From the NCBI GenBank assembly GCA_010015585.1, contig ML975160.1: a stretch of DNA of 64,000 nt. The stretch is one strand, 5' to 3'. The position numbers and the translations under genes are program-made. Source of the stretch: Eremomyces bilateralis CBS 781.70 (lineage: Eukaryota). The notes under the pieces are model-generated. The model worked only from the letters and a program-made list of their open reading frames with translations. It was not told where the DNA came from and ran no database searches. The first letter of the stretch is position 1, and the number at the start of each line of letters is the position of its first letter. Positions 1 to 11,037 of the stretch are shown here, piece after piece.

Positions 1-438
1 AGCATGGCCAACCTGGCGTCGACGTACCGGAGTCAAGGCCGATGGGAGGCGGCCGAAGAGCTAGAGGTACAAGTGATGGAGACTCGCAAGGAGAAGCTCG
101 GAGCCGACCATCTCTATACGCTAAACGGCATGGCCGACCTGGCGTCGACGTACAGGAATCAAGGCCGATGGAAGGAGGCCGAAGAGCTGGATGTACAAGT
201 GATGGAGACTCGTAAGGAGAAGCTCGGAGCCGACCATCCTTCTACGCTAAACGGCATGGTCAACCTGGCGTCGACGTGGAAAACGCAGGGCCGAGATATG
301 GAGGCTATAGGTCTAATGGTGGAGTCTGCATGGCTTCAAGAACAGGTTCTAGGTAATAGCCACACGGACTTCATTTCTTCCTCGAATATATTGGCGGATT
401 GGGAGGCAGAACAACGAGGCCCTCGCAAAATAGAATAG
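1..438 (+). CDS. 3' end (5'-partial) of a TPR-repeat protein, kinesin-light-chain-like TPRs typical of fungal NLR (NB-ARC/NACHT-TPR) proteins
   Basis: 42-aa repeats MANLASTY.NQGRW.EAEEL.VQVMETRKEKLGADH.; the frame is open to the window edge; stop TAG at 436-438. The NOD domain is not visible in this window. Confidence 0.85.
   Translation, partial: SMANLASTYRSQGRWEAAEELEVQVMETRKEKLGADHLYTLNGMADLASTYRNQGRWKEAEELDVQVMETRKEKLGADHPSTLNGMVNLASTWKTQGRDMEAIGLMVESAWLQEQVLGNSHTDFISSSNILADWEAEQRGPRKIE
4..277 (+). repeat. 126-bp tandem TPR-coding repeat (2 full copies plus a partial third)
   Basis: Copies 4-129 and 130-255 differ at 11 of 126 positions by my manual alignment; a third copy starts at 256 and diverges after about 277. 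Confidence 0.9.
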
Positions 439-1158
439 GGCAGAGAGCAGGAGGACGCTGACGCTGTCGGCTAGGGTTGCTATGGCTGAAAAGCACCCGC
501 TTTGATTATCCATAGTCGGAAGGAATAGATGATCGCTCGTTAGTCTGGGCCAATATTAGAGTCTGAATTGCTTCTAATTAACACCACATACAACTTGGGC
601 GAAGGCTTTTCTAGCATCATAACGAGATTATGTGACTTGGGTTGACCCGTTTTATGACCTTTTAAAAAGAAAAAAAATATGATGGTGGCGTTGTAGCATG
701 GAAATATTGTCGCGGTGTCTAAGGTGCACTCTGATGCACTCCGCAGAAATTAGCTGACTAGTAGCTAGGCTTTTGTAATATTTAAAGTAGACACAATCCG
801 GGTATTGGCAAGTGGCTGAAGAGCACAAGGAATATAGAACTGTAAAATTATAATGTGTGGAGAGACTCTGAGTTGGTTTGAAGTCAAAGTACCTCGAATT
901 CGTCCCATCACGCAAGGGGGAGTGTACTGCGCATAGAACCATGCGGATAGGGGTATATCAGATGTTGGGCGGATCACGAGATTGAACCCTGAGATATTGT
1001 CCGACGATCCCACCGTAGATACAATGCCATATATATATAGTCTGCTTCATGATAGCCACCGCTACAAACTTGGTACCTAATAATCTACAGTATCTAAAAC
1101 AGAAGTTGTGTATCAACAGAGCAACCGACCCAAAACGCCTTCGTCAACCCGACCAACC

Positions 1159-2640
1159 CTACAACTGGGCCGTGACCGGCTTTACGTATTCCAACCCGTC
1201 ATACACGCTTCCGTACCGCGAATTCCAATAGTCCACAAAGTAATTCTCCCTCGGTTTCCACGGGCCGCTGTTCCCCACTTTCGGCAACCGCTCCATCGCC
1301 CGCACCACGTACGTGCTATTCAAGTTCAGCACCGGTGTCTGGGTCATCTTCTCAGGATGCGGCACCCGCGGAACGACGCTCGTGGCGCCGTCTTTCTTCA
1401 TCCGGTTGAGCAGCCGCACGATCACTTGGGCCGTCGTATCGGCGCCGAGAGTCCAGGACGCGTTGGTGTAGCCGATGACGAACGCGGCGTTGGGGAGATC
1501 CTGCAGCATCATGCCCTTCCACATGAACTTCTCGGACACCTGGAAGGATGCGCCGTCGACTCGGAGATCCGCACCGCCGGCGAGTTGGATCTTCAGGCCG
1601 GTGGCGGTCACGATCATGTCGCATGGAAGCTCCTGGCCGCTTTCGAGTGTGATGCCGGTCTCGGTGACGGACTTGATGACTCCCGTCGCTACGCTCGCTT
1701 TGCCTCGCCGCAAGGCTTTGAAGAAGTCTCCATCTGGACAGGCGCACAGTCTTTGCTCCCAAGGGTTGTATTTGGGTACAAAATGCGGGTCGTGGGGAAC
1801 GGACTTTGGCAGCTGGCGGGTTGTCAAGAGCCGTAGGATGGAGCGGGCGACGGTAGGGTAGGCTCGGCAGAAGCGGAAGAATAGGAACGGCACGGTCAGG
1901 AACCAGAGGCGGTCGAATCGAGAGGCCAGCCATTTCGGAAGGATCATATGGGACAAGCTCCATTTCCTATTCGGGATGCTGAAGAGATATGTCGGCGATC
2001 GTTGCAGCATGGTGACATGTTCGGCCTTTTCCGCCAGGTTGGGGACCAGAGTGACGGCGGTCGCACCGCTGCCGATGACCACGATGCGTTTGTTCGAGTA
2101 ATCCTGACCTTCGGGCCAGAATTGCGGGTGGATGACCTTACCCTTAAAGTTCTCGATGCCAGGAATGACGACTGGAAGGGGCTCCTTGTAGTCGTAGTAG
2201 CCCGTGCTGAGGATGAGAAAGTTGCCGGTATAGTAACGTTCTTCACCGTCAACAATGGTGGTCACTGTCCACTTTTGCTCCTCTGTTGACCAATTGGCCG
2301 ACTGGAAAAAATGCTTGTATCGAATGTGCTTATCGATGCCGTGAATACCTGCGGTCTCCGTGAGGTACTTCATGATATCGGGCCCATCGGCGATGGGCTT
2401 CCTGTCCGTCCATGGCCGCCATGGGAATCCGAAGGTGTGTAGGTCCGAATCCGATCTGATTCCAGGGTATTTCCAGAAATCCCAGGTGCCTCCAAGGTGC
2501 TCGCGCGTCTCGAGGATCGTGTAGGTTGCCCCAGGTACTTCCGATTGTACTCGATATGCGGAGTTGATTCCAGATACTCCAGCTCCGATGATCAAGACAT
2601 CGAAGTAGTTGCTCTCCATTTTATTGGAGGTGCCGTTCAT
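1159..2640 (-). CDS. FAD/NAD(P)H-dependent Baeyer-Villiger-type monooxygenase (EthA-like)
   Basis: Intronless 493-aa ORF; GAGVSG FAD motif, GGTW...YPGIRSDSD, FKGKVIHPQFWP (FxGxxxHxxxW fingerprint), GSGATAVT NADP motif. Confidence 0.9.
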   Translation of the reverse strand: MNGTSNKMESNYFDVLIIGAGVSGINSAYRVQSEVPGATYTILETREHLGGTWDFWKYPGIRSDSDLHTFGFPWRPWTDRKPIADGPDIMKYLTETAGIHGIDKHIRYKHFFQSANWSTEEQKWTVTTIVDGEERYYTGNFLILSTGYYDYKEPLPVVIPGIENFKGKVIHPQFWPEGQDYSNKRIVVIGSGATAVTLVPNLAEKAEHVTMLQRSPTYLFSIPNRKWSLSHMILPKWLASRFDRLWFLTVPFLFFRFCRAYPTVARSILRLLTTRQLPKSVPHDPHFVPKYNPWEQRLCACPDGDFFKALRRGKASVATGVIKSVTETGITLESGQELPCDMIVTATGLKIQLAGGADLRVDGASFQVSEKFMWKGMMLQDLPNAAFVIGYTNASWTLGADTTAQVIVRLLNRMKKDGATSVVPRVPHPEKMTQTPVLNLNSTYVVRAMERLPKVGNSGPWKPRENYFVDYWNSRYGSVYDGLEYVKPVTAQL

Positions 2641-3650
2641 CCTTACAATGGATCTGACCTCAGCTTAGCATCCAGCGCTTGAGGAATGTCCGCGGCGATT
2701 CGTACCAACTATTTAGATTGGATCGTATTGACAAACGTATGCGCGCCTGATACAGCATCAACGAGCAGAACGTGAAGTTAAATGCGATTCCGCGGTGACA
2801 ATTGATAAAGCTATGAACATGTGGCAAGGCAGCCTCGGTTTCACGCGCGATGCCGCAAATCTGGGATTGCACTTGCGATGGAACAACCTGACTAGGGCGG
2901 GAAGAGCCCGCGGCTTGCCTCCGGGTTCAACTTAATCGCGCTCGACAATTGGAAATCCGAATGGACTGGGATCCTAAGGAGCGGTAACGAGATATTTGAT
3001 GGACAACATGTCCAATTAGCCTTTCAAGATCCATATTCAGGTTTTATGGTGGTGGCTAAGTCGGGCGAATTCAGCTGTCCGCCTCCGACTTCCAGACTGA
3101 GCCCTACATCTGAAGTCAAACTAAACAAACCCATCCTCGTTCCTCGTACGTACGTTCGTACGTAACAACCGGCTGGGGCAGTTGCCATGAGATTTATTTC
3201 GTGATGGCGCCATGGTCATCTAATGTGCGCGAGATCAGGTCGATAACTATGGCAGGTGCCGTTATGGCCAACCCTTGGATGCGAAGTCGGGCGCGATATA
3301 CCGACACTCACGCTTTCGGAAACGCGGAACCAATAATTAATGTCGGTGGGGTGGACATGAGCTTCCATGTCGTTGACAGCTCTCTCACTATCGCTGCAGA
3401 TACCTGGAACTAGTAGGTGATACAGCGATACAGGAGAAGATGTGCCTGTCGCACATGTGGATCATTAGGTCACCACATTCCCTATCCGAAACCCGCAAGC
3501 TCTATTCAAAAAACGCTTGATCCTAACGTACATTGAAGATTGGAGAACGTCACCGTCTATCATGAGGGATACTTAATATGCAGTTTGGATGCTCCCAGAT
3601 GTAAGGAAACCCGGCCACATATACAGTATTTTATACACAATCCTGCTTGA

Positions 3651-4716
3651 TCATTTCTGTGCATCGGTGGTCGCATCAGGTTCGCCCGGTGTAACACCCT
3701 TTGGATCCTCATCTCTCGCTGATTCCGCCGGCCCCTTCTCCGCTGATTCCCTTGCCGGTGCTTGTGGAGGGTTGACGTCGTTCGTGGCATCGGTTCGCGC
3801 TGCAACTGCTCCAACAACATCGGCATCGTTCTTTGGTGGCTTCACGCCGCCAGCCACGTCCATCGCGGCGAGTTCAGGGGGCTCCACCGCCGCTCCAGCA
3901 GCCGCCGCTTCTTTCTCTCCCATCTCTATCCCCTCTAGCTCCTCATCGTCCTCGAGTTCGGCGCCGTAGATGTCGGGGTATTGCCGGAAGCAATCCTGCA
4001 TGTTCCTGGGTCTGTCAGTTCCGAGGGGATGGCGGAAATGTAGAAATTGGAACGTACTTGAACTTGTCTATGCAATCCACACCCTTGGGCTCTTCGTTGC
4101 TGTAGACGAAGCAGCTGAATGCCGCTTTGAAATTCTCTCCACATGGGCCATCGGCCATGCCGCCCAGACAAGGACAGTCCCAATTGATTTCTCCGGTCTC
4201 CTCATTAAACGCCCCTTGTTGGCCGGCCTCTTCTTCTAGGCCTTCGATGCCACCGGCCACTTCTTCCACGGCTCCAGTTGCTCCAGCGACTGCTGTCCGC
4301 TCCGAGTCCGAGTCTGATGGTGGCGGCGCATCTGCTTTCTGAACTTCAGCATTGCGTTTGCGTCGCTCCGCTGAGATGTCCTCGACGGACCGCAATGTCT
4401 CGGGTTCGTTCTGTTCGGGCTGGGTGTTGGAAGGGATTATCGGATGTGGGGTGACAGCATCTAAGATATCGTCAGCGGAATACATTTGACCTACGGTGCA
4501 ATTCCGAAACTCACACTCCGCCTGCTCAGCAAAAGCACTGTTGGTGTTGTAAAGATAGACTGCGCCGCCAGCCAGGCCGAGGCGAGCCGCGAAGTTCTTC
4601 CAGCTTCGGGGTTTCGCCGCGCCGGAGCTTGCGAATCGACGACCGGCCACGCGGGTTGCGGGCTGTACGGAGCGGGACGAAGCTCTCGCGAGCTGATGCG
4701 ACGCAAGCCGTAACAT
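3651..4716 (-). CDS. MIA40: Mitochondrial intermembrane space import and assembly protein 40; exons 4716-4515, 4460-4058, 4005-3651
   Basis: Arg-rich presequence plus hydrophobic anchor; [25 protein letters not shown] (CPC motif) and twin CX9C; GT-AG introns restore [13 protein letters not shown]. Confidence 0.93.
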
Positions 4717-5316
4717 CTTTGAAGGAACGTAAAGCGAGGGTGAGGTGGAGTGGGAATTGAGAAAGGAGGCGTCGGAAACAATCGAGATGAAATGTTGGTT
4801 ATTGGAGATTTTGTCAGCAAAGCAAGTGGAGCCGAACGGAACTGAAAGGGTTGCCACCCACGGCAGTATTAGCCGGCGATATCAATTGAAGATATTCCGA
4901 GGACGGGTCTTCAACATACACAATTTAACCCAATTAACCTATAGATATTATTTCCGATCAAAGAGATGTTGATACTCTATTAGAAGATACTTGTACTTAC
5001 TCGTACTGCTACTTATTCTCACGATTCTTGCCCTCCAATTGCGATCCCCCCTCTGCCAGCGTTCGAGCTTGTAGACAGGAATCGACAAGTATGTATACGG
5101 AGTATGTCGTACCACACTGGTCATTGATGACGGAGGGGTGCGGAGAAGCATCCTCCAACTGATATGAGGCCAATTCTATCATTACCCGGTGATAGGCATC
5201 CAGCTAAATGCTTCATCAAACTATACACGCTCCAATCGCAGAGTCCATGTCGAAATCAAATTCCGCTCGCCCATCGCACCGTTTACAGGTCATACGCCGA
5301 TCCAACACAATTGATC

Positions 5317-6599
5317 TCATCGGCCCGCTCGTTCAGCTTCAATCTGCCGCTTCAGATCTGCCAGCACCCCCTCTCTGGTCTTTAAATGCCCCTCCAGCCC
5401 CTCCACCTGTTCCCGCACCGTCTGAATGTCATCTGATACGCTCTTAAGGCTCTGCGCTTCCTTCGCCGTCCCCTCCCCGAGCTCCAGGTCCCGCAATTCC
5501 CGCCGCTTGTAGTCCAGCAGCTGCTCCAACTCCCGCTTGACCAGTACCGGCTTCCCCTGATCCCGCCGCGACCCGGACCGGCTATTCGCCGCCGTCTCCA
5601 CCCTCTCGATCTTCTCCTCGAGCTCCTTCAGCTGCTTCTTGAGCCGTACCTCTTCCCAGTCTTCCGTGGTGTGCGTGCCGCTAAAGTCCGTGCCTTTCGG
5701 TCGGTAGGCGGTGCGGTCGCCGACGCCCAGTCGACTGAGATACGCGTCGCCGAATTTGGCTTTACGGCCCGTCACCGTGCTGTCGTCCGACTTGGTCCCC
5801 CACCGTTGCGCGGACGTCTGCACGCGGTCCACGTTGTAGTCGATCTGATTGCGCTCGAACGACGCGCGTAGGCTGGCAGGAACGCTGCGGGGGATGCGGA
5901 ATCCTTCGTGGCGCTGGGCGAGGATGTGGAGGAAGGCGAGGGAGGCGTCTTTGCCGATGGTGGACGAGGCGGAGGGGTTGATCAGGTTCCAGGCCGATCG
6001 GACGTCGGTGTCGGGGACGTCTAGAGAAGAGAAGAGAGGTTCGAGGGCGTGGAACGTGATATCGCCCCGGCCGTCTCGGTTTGCGTCGTAGATCTCCTCG
6101 TATCTTGACTTGTCGGCTGGGGACATGTACCAGTCGAATCCATCTTTTAGGCCTGGTGTGTCGTCTTCGTCATCCTCGACCCGTTCGAACTGCGGCTGTC
6201 GGCCGGTGAGTGCGCGGTTCGCTTGGACCAGGTGGGACTTCGATTCGGGAACGAGCCAGTCTGGTAACGCTTGCGGCACATCTAATAGATCCTGAATCCG
6301 GTGAATAAGCGCAAGTCTAGGAATAAGGAGCGGTCTTGTAAGACACAAAGGGGACATACCCCATTTACAAGATCAAAGATCAGACGCATCGCCACGCAAA
6401 ACTCCTCGAAGTCCAGATTCCCATCATTGTCCACATCCGCCAGATCCCACACCTTCTCGAGCTGATCATCTCGCAGCTGGCTGTTCTTGAGGACAGGTGC
6501 GGCTTGAGCGCCAGTCAGATGCGAGCCCCCGTTGGTGAGGGAGGAGAAGATCTCCCAGTATTTCTCGATTTCGCTTTGCTCTATTTTTTTATTCGACAT
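5317..6599 (-). CDS. END3: Actin cytoskeleton/endocytosis EH-domain protein End3; exons 6599-6360, 6291-5317
   Basis: Two EH domains ([36 protein letters not shown]), [21 protein letters not shown] coiled-coil C-terminus. Confidence 0.93.
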
Positions 6600-6949
6600 G
6601 GTCGTTGGGAATCTGACGGCGTTGTAGGTGCAGTTCCCAAGTCTCAGTCGTCTGGTCGTTGGAAGTTGAATCACGTTTAGACTTCGGAGTATGGAGCTCT
6701 CATTGCTACGAATTGATTCATGGTCGGGTTGGTTACGCATGCTGCGCCATCGGATGGGCAAGGATAAAAGTTCGCGCCTTGTTGCCTGGATATCTCATTC
6801 GTGATTTGCATGCGTAGAACGAACAGGGGCTTGACTGAATCCAGTCAGTCCTGTGGAAATATTGCGAGGCATAGGATAGCTCTACGAGAGACTCTGTAGT
6901 TATACGCTTATAGATGTATTCATATGGTAATATTTCATATGTCTTGTAA

Positions 6950-8191
6950 TTACAGTTCTAACCACTGCTGGAGTTCTGTCAGTCTGTCGGCTACTCGGAT
7001 CCCATTCCAGGTCTCCGAACCGTCAGTCTCATACGCCAGCGTCGGCATACCCACTTGCTCGATAGCAAAGCTTGCAGAAACACCAGCCATAATCGAGGCT
7101 TCGATTAAGCTTTCTCCACGGGTCAGCGCAACAATGAGTCCACCTAAGAAGGTGTTCCCTCCCCCCGTTGGATCAACGACTCTCTCAGCGGAGCGGTGGT
7201 ATGGCGGGATCCACCGCCCGGTCGTGTTCTGCGACGCCACATAGCACCCATCTTTGCCAGCCCGAATTACTACGCCTCCTATTCTTGATCCTCCCAGGTC
7301 CGTTCCAATGGTAGACGAAAGCCAATCCTGGGTAAGTTCTTCCACAAGAGGCCGATCCACATCGCCTATCGACGTGTTTCCGCTCTTGTCCCAAAACGCG
7401 GCTAGCTCCTGGTGATTGGGGCTCACCACGTCGACCACCTGCAGAGCTTTGCGGCAGTTTTCTAGCTCGGACGGTAGGCAGAGGTCTGGGACGGGTTCCC
7501 AGACGAAGATTGGCCGAGGCAGCTCCTCACTGGTGTTTCGAAGCTTCAGGATATTCTCAACGAGATCGATGCAGCGGGCTGGAGAGCAAATGAGGTGGAA
7601 CGATTTCGACTTCAGCAGCCTTGGGGAGAGGGACGTGTGATCGAGACGTATTTTCTCAGTCAAGTATTTGAAAGCTGCTCTCTCTTAGTCCTATGTTGGT
7701 GCAACCAGAGCAGAAGCATATTAGAAGCAAAAGAGCAAAAAAAGATCAGAAAAATTCACCTCTGTACTCGTTTTCCATATATCCGTTCCATGCTCTTGTA
7801 GTCAGCCGATCCGGCGTCTCTCGAAACACGCAGCTCGTCCGCCAGCGATTGATCTCCTCTCTGAGCTCTACCGGAAAATCGGATCCAGCGTCTACAATCC
7901 AGCCAACGGACCGTGAGAGTGGAGGTGGAGATAGTAAACGGGCTCCTAGAGCCGAGTAGGAACCCGCGCCGCCGAGGATGTTATACACCGGGTCCTTGGG
8001 GGGTGGGAAATGGATCTCATCTGATATTCAAGCAAGGTGTCATCAGATCGATATCATTCATTGAATGGATTCAGCCGGGATAGGTGGCTCCAAGTACCAA
8101 TTATGAACATCCCAAGAGTACAGAAGTCGATATCCTGCTCGGCATCTTGACGTGTTGACTGGACGTCATTTGTGCCTGAGTCTGAACCCAT
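6950..8191 (-). CDS. pfkB/ribokinase-family protein (Mak32-like); exons 8191-8098, 8020-7760, 7674-6950
   Basis: DFCTLGMFIIDEI, ILGGAGSYSALGAR, FVWEPVPD, VVSPN, VVDPTGGGNTFLGG; intron phases join in frame. Confidence 0.85.
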
Positions 8192-8724
8192 TGAGTGTCA
8201 GCAACGTCGAGGACGTATTATGATTGCGTAGACATGTATGTTCAACGTGAATCCATATTCGACCTATTGAGATTTGGTTGATTGTAAGAGGATGGGTCTA
8301 GCGTCAGGATAGAGCAGCGTGAGTGATTACTGATTAGGCGTCCGATCCTTGAGACAGCAGCCCACTGATTGACCAACCAACAGTGGGGAAACTTCGCTGC
8401 CTTGATGTCTTGATACCTCGCTGCCTGAGCTCCGTTCTCCCTAGAAATCATCCACGAGTTCCTTTAGACAACAGCTTATTGTTGGAACAACGTATTAGCT
8501 TTCCAGTGCTTCTCCTATAATTGACGGAATATCATTCCCTTTTGTCCCGTTTGGAATCTTCCCACCTCATCTCTGTGCTTCATTTCTGTACCACATTGAG
8601 CAACGGAGAAGGTCAACCTGCGCGTTCCCGAGCTCCTCCTTGCCTTCACTGGACATATTCGCAAGTTCCACCACGACGGAACTCTGGGTTAGCTCCAATT
8701 CTATAACCACGGACGGTGACGGCA

Positions 8725-10675
8725 ATGGCGACGACTAACATGAACAACCTCACCACCCTCATCAAACGGTTCGTCTATTTCATCATCTCAATTCGAATCT
8801 CCAACTCCTCCAATTCCACCACTCCCTACCGTATCCCCCGGCTTCCACCATGGAAGCGAACCCTCCTGCCAAACTCGCCCGTCCCATCTCGGAATCCTCG
8901 CTTACGGAGCTTCTCCACAGGCTAGAAGCCGCAACGTCGCGGTTAGAAGACATTGCTTCTTCGGCCGCCAGCTATGATCCGGCCGACTCGCAGCCGGGGA
9001 CAACCGCCCCTGCGGCCGCCACCTCCAAGCCCGACTCCTCCGCAAAGCAACCTCCACCATCCGCCGCATCGACTCCACGGCCCGAAACACCATCGGAACC
9101 TTCCATACCGAATGTGGTCGCCTTGTTGGATTCGTTGATGAGCGAAGCCCTCGAGCCGTGGATGGAACTGAGCGAGAAGATAGGTGGCCTGGTCAAGGAA
9201 CAAGTGAGTCGAGAATCATCCCCGTCATGCATGAAACTGGACTGATGCGATGCTCGAACAGTCAGCTGGGGTGGATAAAGCCTTTCAGGAGCAACGGAGC
9301 TTTATCCTGCTTACCACCCAGGCCAAGAACCCGGGTCAAGATTCGGCGACGTATATGGAGTGCCTCGTGGGGATCCAATCCCAGATCATCAAGGTCGACG
9401 AGATGGTGTCGAAGAACTACGGTTCGCAGTTTCGCGATCACCTCGCCATGGTTGCTGGCGGACTTCAATGCCTGAGTTGGGTCACTGTGGACTCGAAACC
9501 GCAAGACTTGGTCAGCGAGCTATTTGGCGGCGCCCAGATGTACGGAAATAAGATCTTGCAGAAGTACAAGACCGAGTAAGTCCCCCTCCATGCTTTTGTG
9601 AAGCGCAGTCGTTCTGAATTCATCCCATTAGGGATCAAACGCAGGTCAAATGGGTCCAAGCCTTCTACAAGCTCTTCAAGATGCTGCAAGAGTATATCCG
9701 GACCAATTTCCCGAAAGGCATTACATGGAATCCCAAGGGTATCGAAGCGTCGGAGGCCTTGAAACAAGCAAAGGCCTCGAAATCAGGAGCCAAAGCGCCT
9801 GGTCCTCCTGGCCCCCCTCCACCACCTGCTGGTGGTGCTCCACCTCCCCCTCCGCCGCCCGCACCCGCACCGCCACCATTCACGGGCGACGTTTCGAAAT
9901 CATCCGCCAAGGAGGGCGACATGGGTGCGGTGTTCCAGGAGTTGAGCAAAGGCGAATCGGTCACCCAAGGGCTTCGCAAAGTGCAAGCATCGCAACAAAC
10001 GCACAAAAACCCGTCGCTCCGAGCCGCCGCCGCCGCGGTGCCAACCCGGAGCGACAGCTCTTCGTCGGCAGGACGGGGTAAGTCGCCGACGCCGCCGGGG
10101 AAGAAGCCGAAGCCGGAGAGCATGCGGACGAAGAAGCCGCCGCGAAAGGAGCTGGATGGGAACAAGTGGATTATCGTACGTACCCCCTACGCCGACCCTC
10201 GGACCGCTCGTTGCTGATCTCTCTGGGTTGATAGGAAAATTACGATTCTCCAGCCGGACCGGTCGAGATCTCGGTCGAACTCAGCCATTCGATCCTCATC
10301 ACGCGCTGCAAGAACACCACGATCCGCATCCACGGTAAGGCGAACGCCATCTCCGCCGACTCCTCGTCACGGCTTTCGATCATCCTCGACTCCCTTGTCT
10401 CCTCCGTCGACGTCATCAAGTGCCCCAACTTCGCCGTGCAGGTGCTCGGGTCGATCCCGACGATCCTGCTCGACCAGGTCGACGGTGCCACCGTCTATCT
10501 GAGCAAGGAGAGCGCAGGCAGCGAGATCTTTTCGAGCAAGTGCTCCAGCGTCAACGTCAATGTTCTGGGTGACGGCGATGACGGCGACTATAAGGAGTGC
10601 CCGGTGCCGGAGCAGATGCGGAGTTTTATCAAGGATGGCAAGTTGGTCACGGAGATTGTCGAGCATGCGGGTTGA
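8725..10675 (+). CDS. SRV2: Adenylyl cyclase-associated protein CAP/Srv2; exons 8725-8768, 8921-9203, 9262-9575, 9632-10175, 10235-10675
   Basis: LIKRLEAATSRLED N-terminal motif, helical domain, polyproline tract, WH2-like GLRKV...THKNPSLR, beta-sheet C-terminus ending IVEHAG; all introns GT-AG and phase-consistent. Confidence 0.95.
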
Positions 10676-11037
10676 GTGCGCATTTCATATCACCAGCGTT
10701 TTTTTAGGAGAAAAAAATAATCATTCCGCGGGCATCAATTCTAGCGAATACCCGATATACTTGGATACGGCGACCGACGGGCGAGGGAATCATGCGCTCT
10801 CCATCTTCTTTAAACCTGTAATTTACATCCGATTACTTGATCTAAATACTACGACCCCGGGGTCGCGTAGAATCTACGACATCCGTGAGCGGACAATCTG
10901 AATTTTAAGGCGTGACAACGAGTTGCAGCAGTGCGATTTAGTAAAAACCCATCATGATATTTTTGAGCGACGAATACACTCCGCGAAACCCAGCCCATGC
11001 AACGGAAAGCAGAAAGCAACGCGACCAATGCCCACGC

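Noticed and set aside
1108..2289. Long antisense and alternative-frame ORFs over the monooxygenase (similar ones over eIF5B, END3, chitin synthase and UPF2)
   Set aside because: Expected shadows of GC3-rich coding sequence; no recognisable motifs.
4461..4514. 54-nt stop-free in-frame intron in MIA40 (another at 39990-40043 in UTP10)
   Set aside because: Canonical donor, branch and acceptor sites; short 3n introns without stops occur by chance and there is no sign of functional retention.
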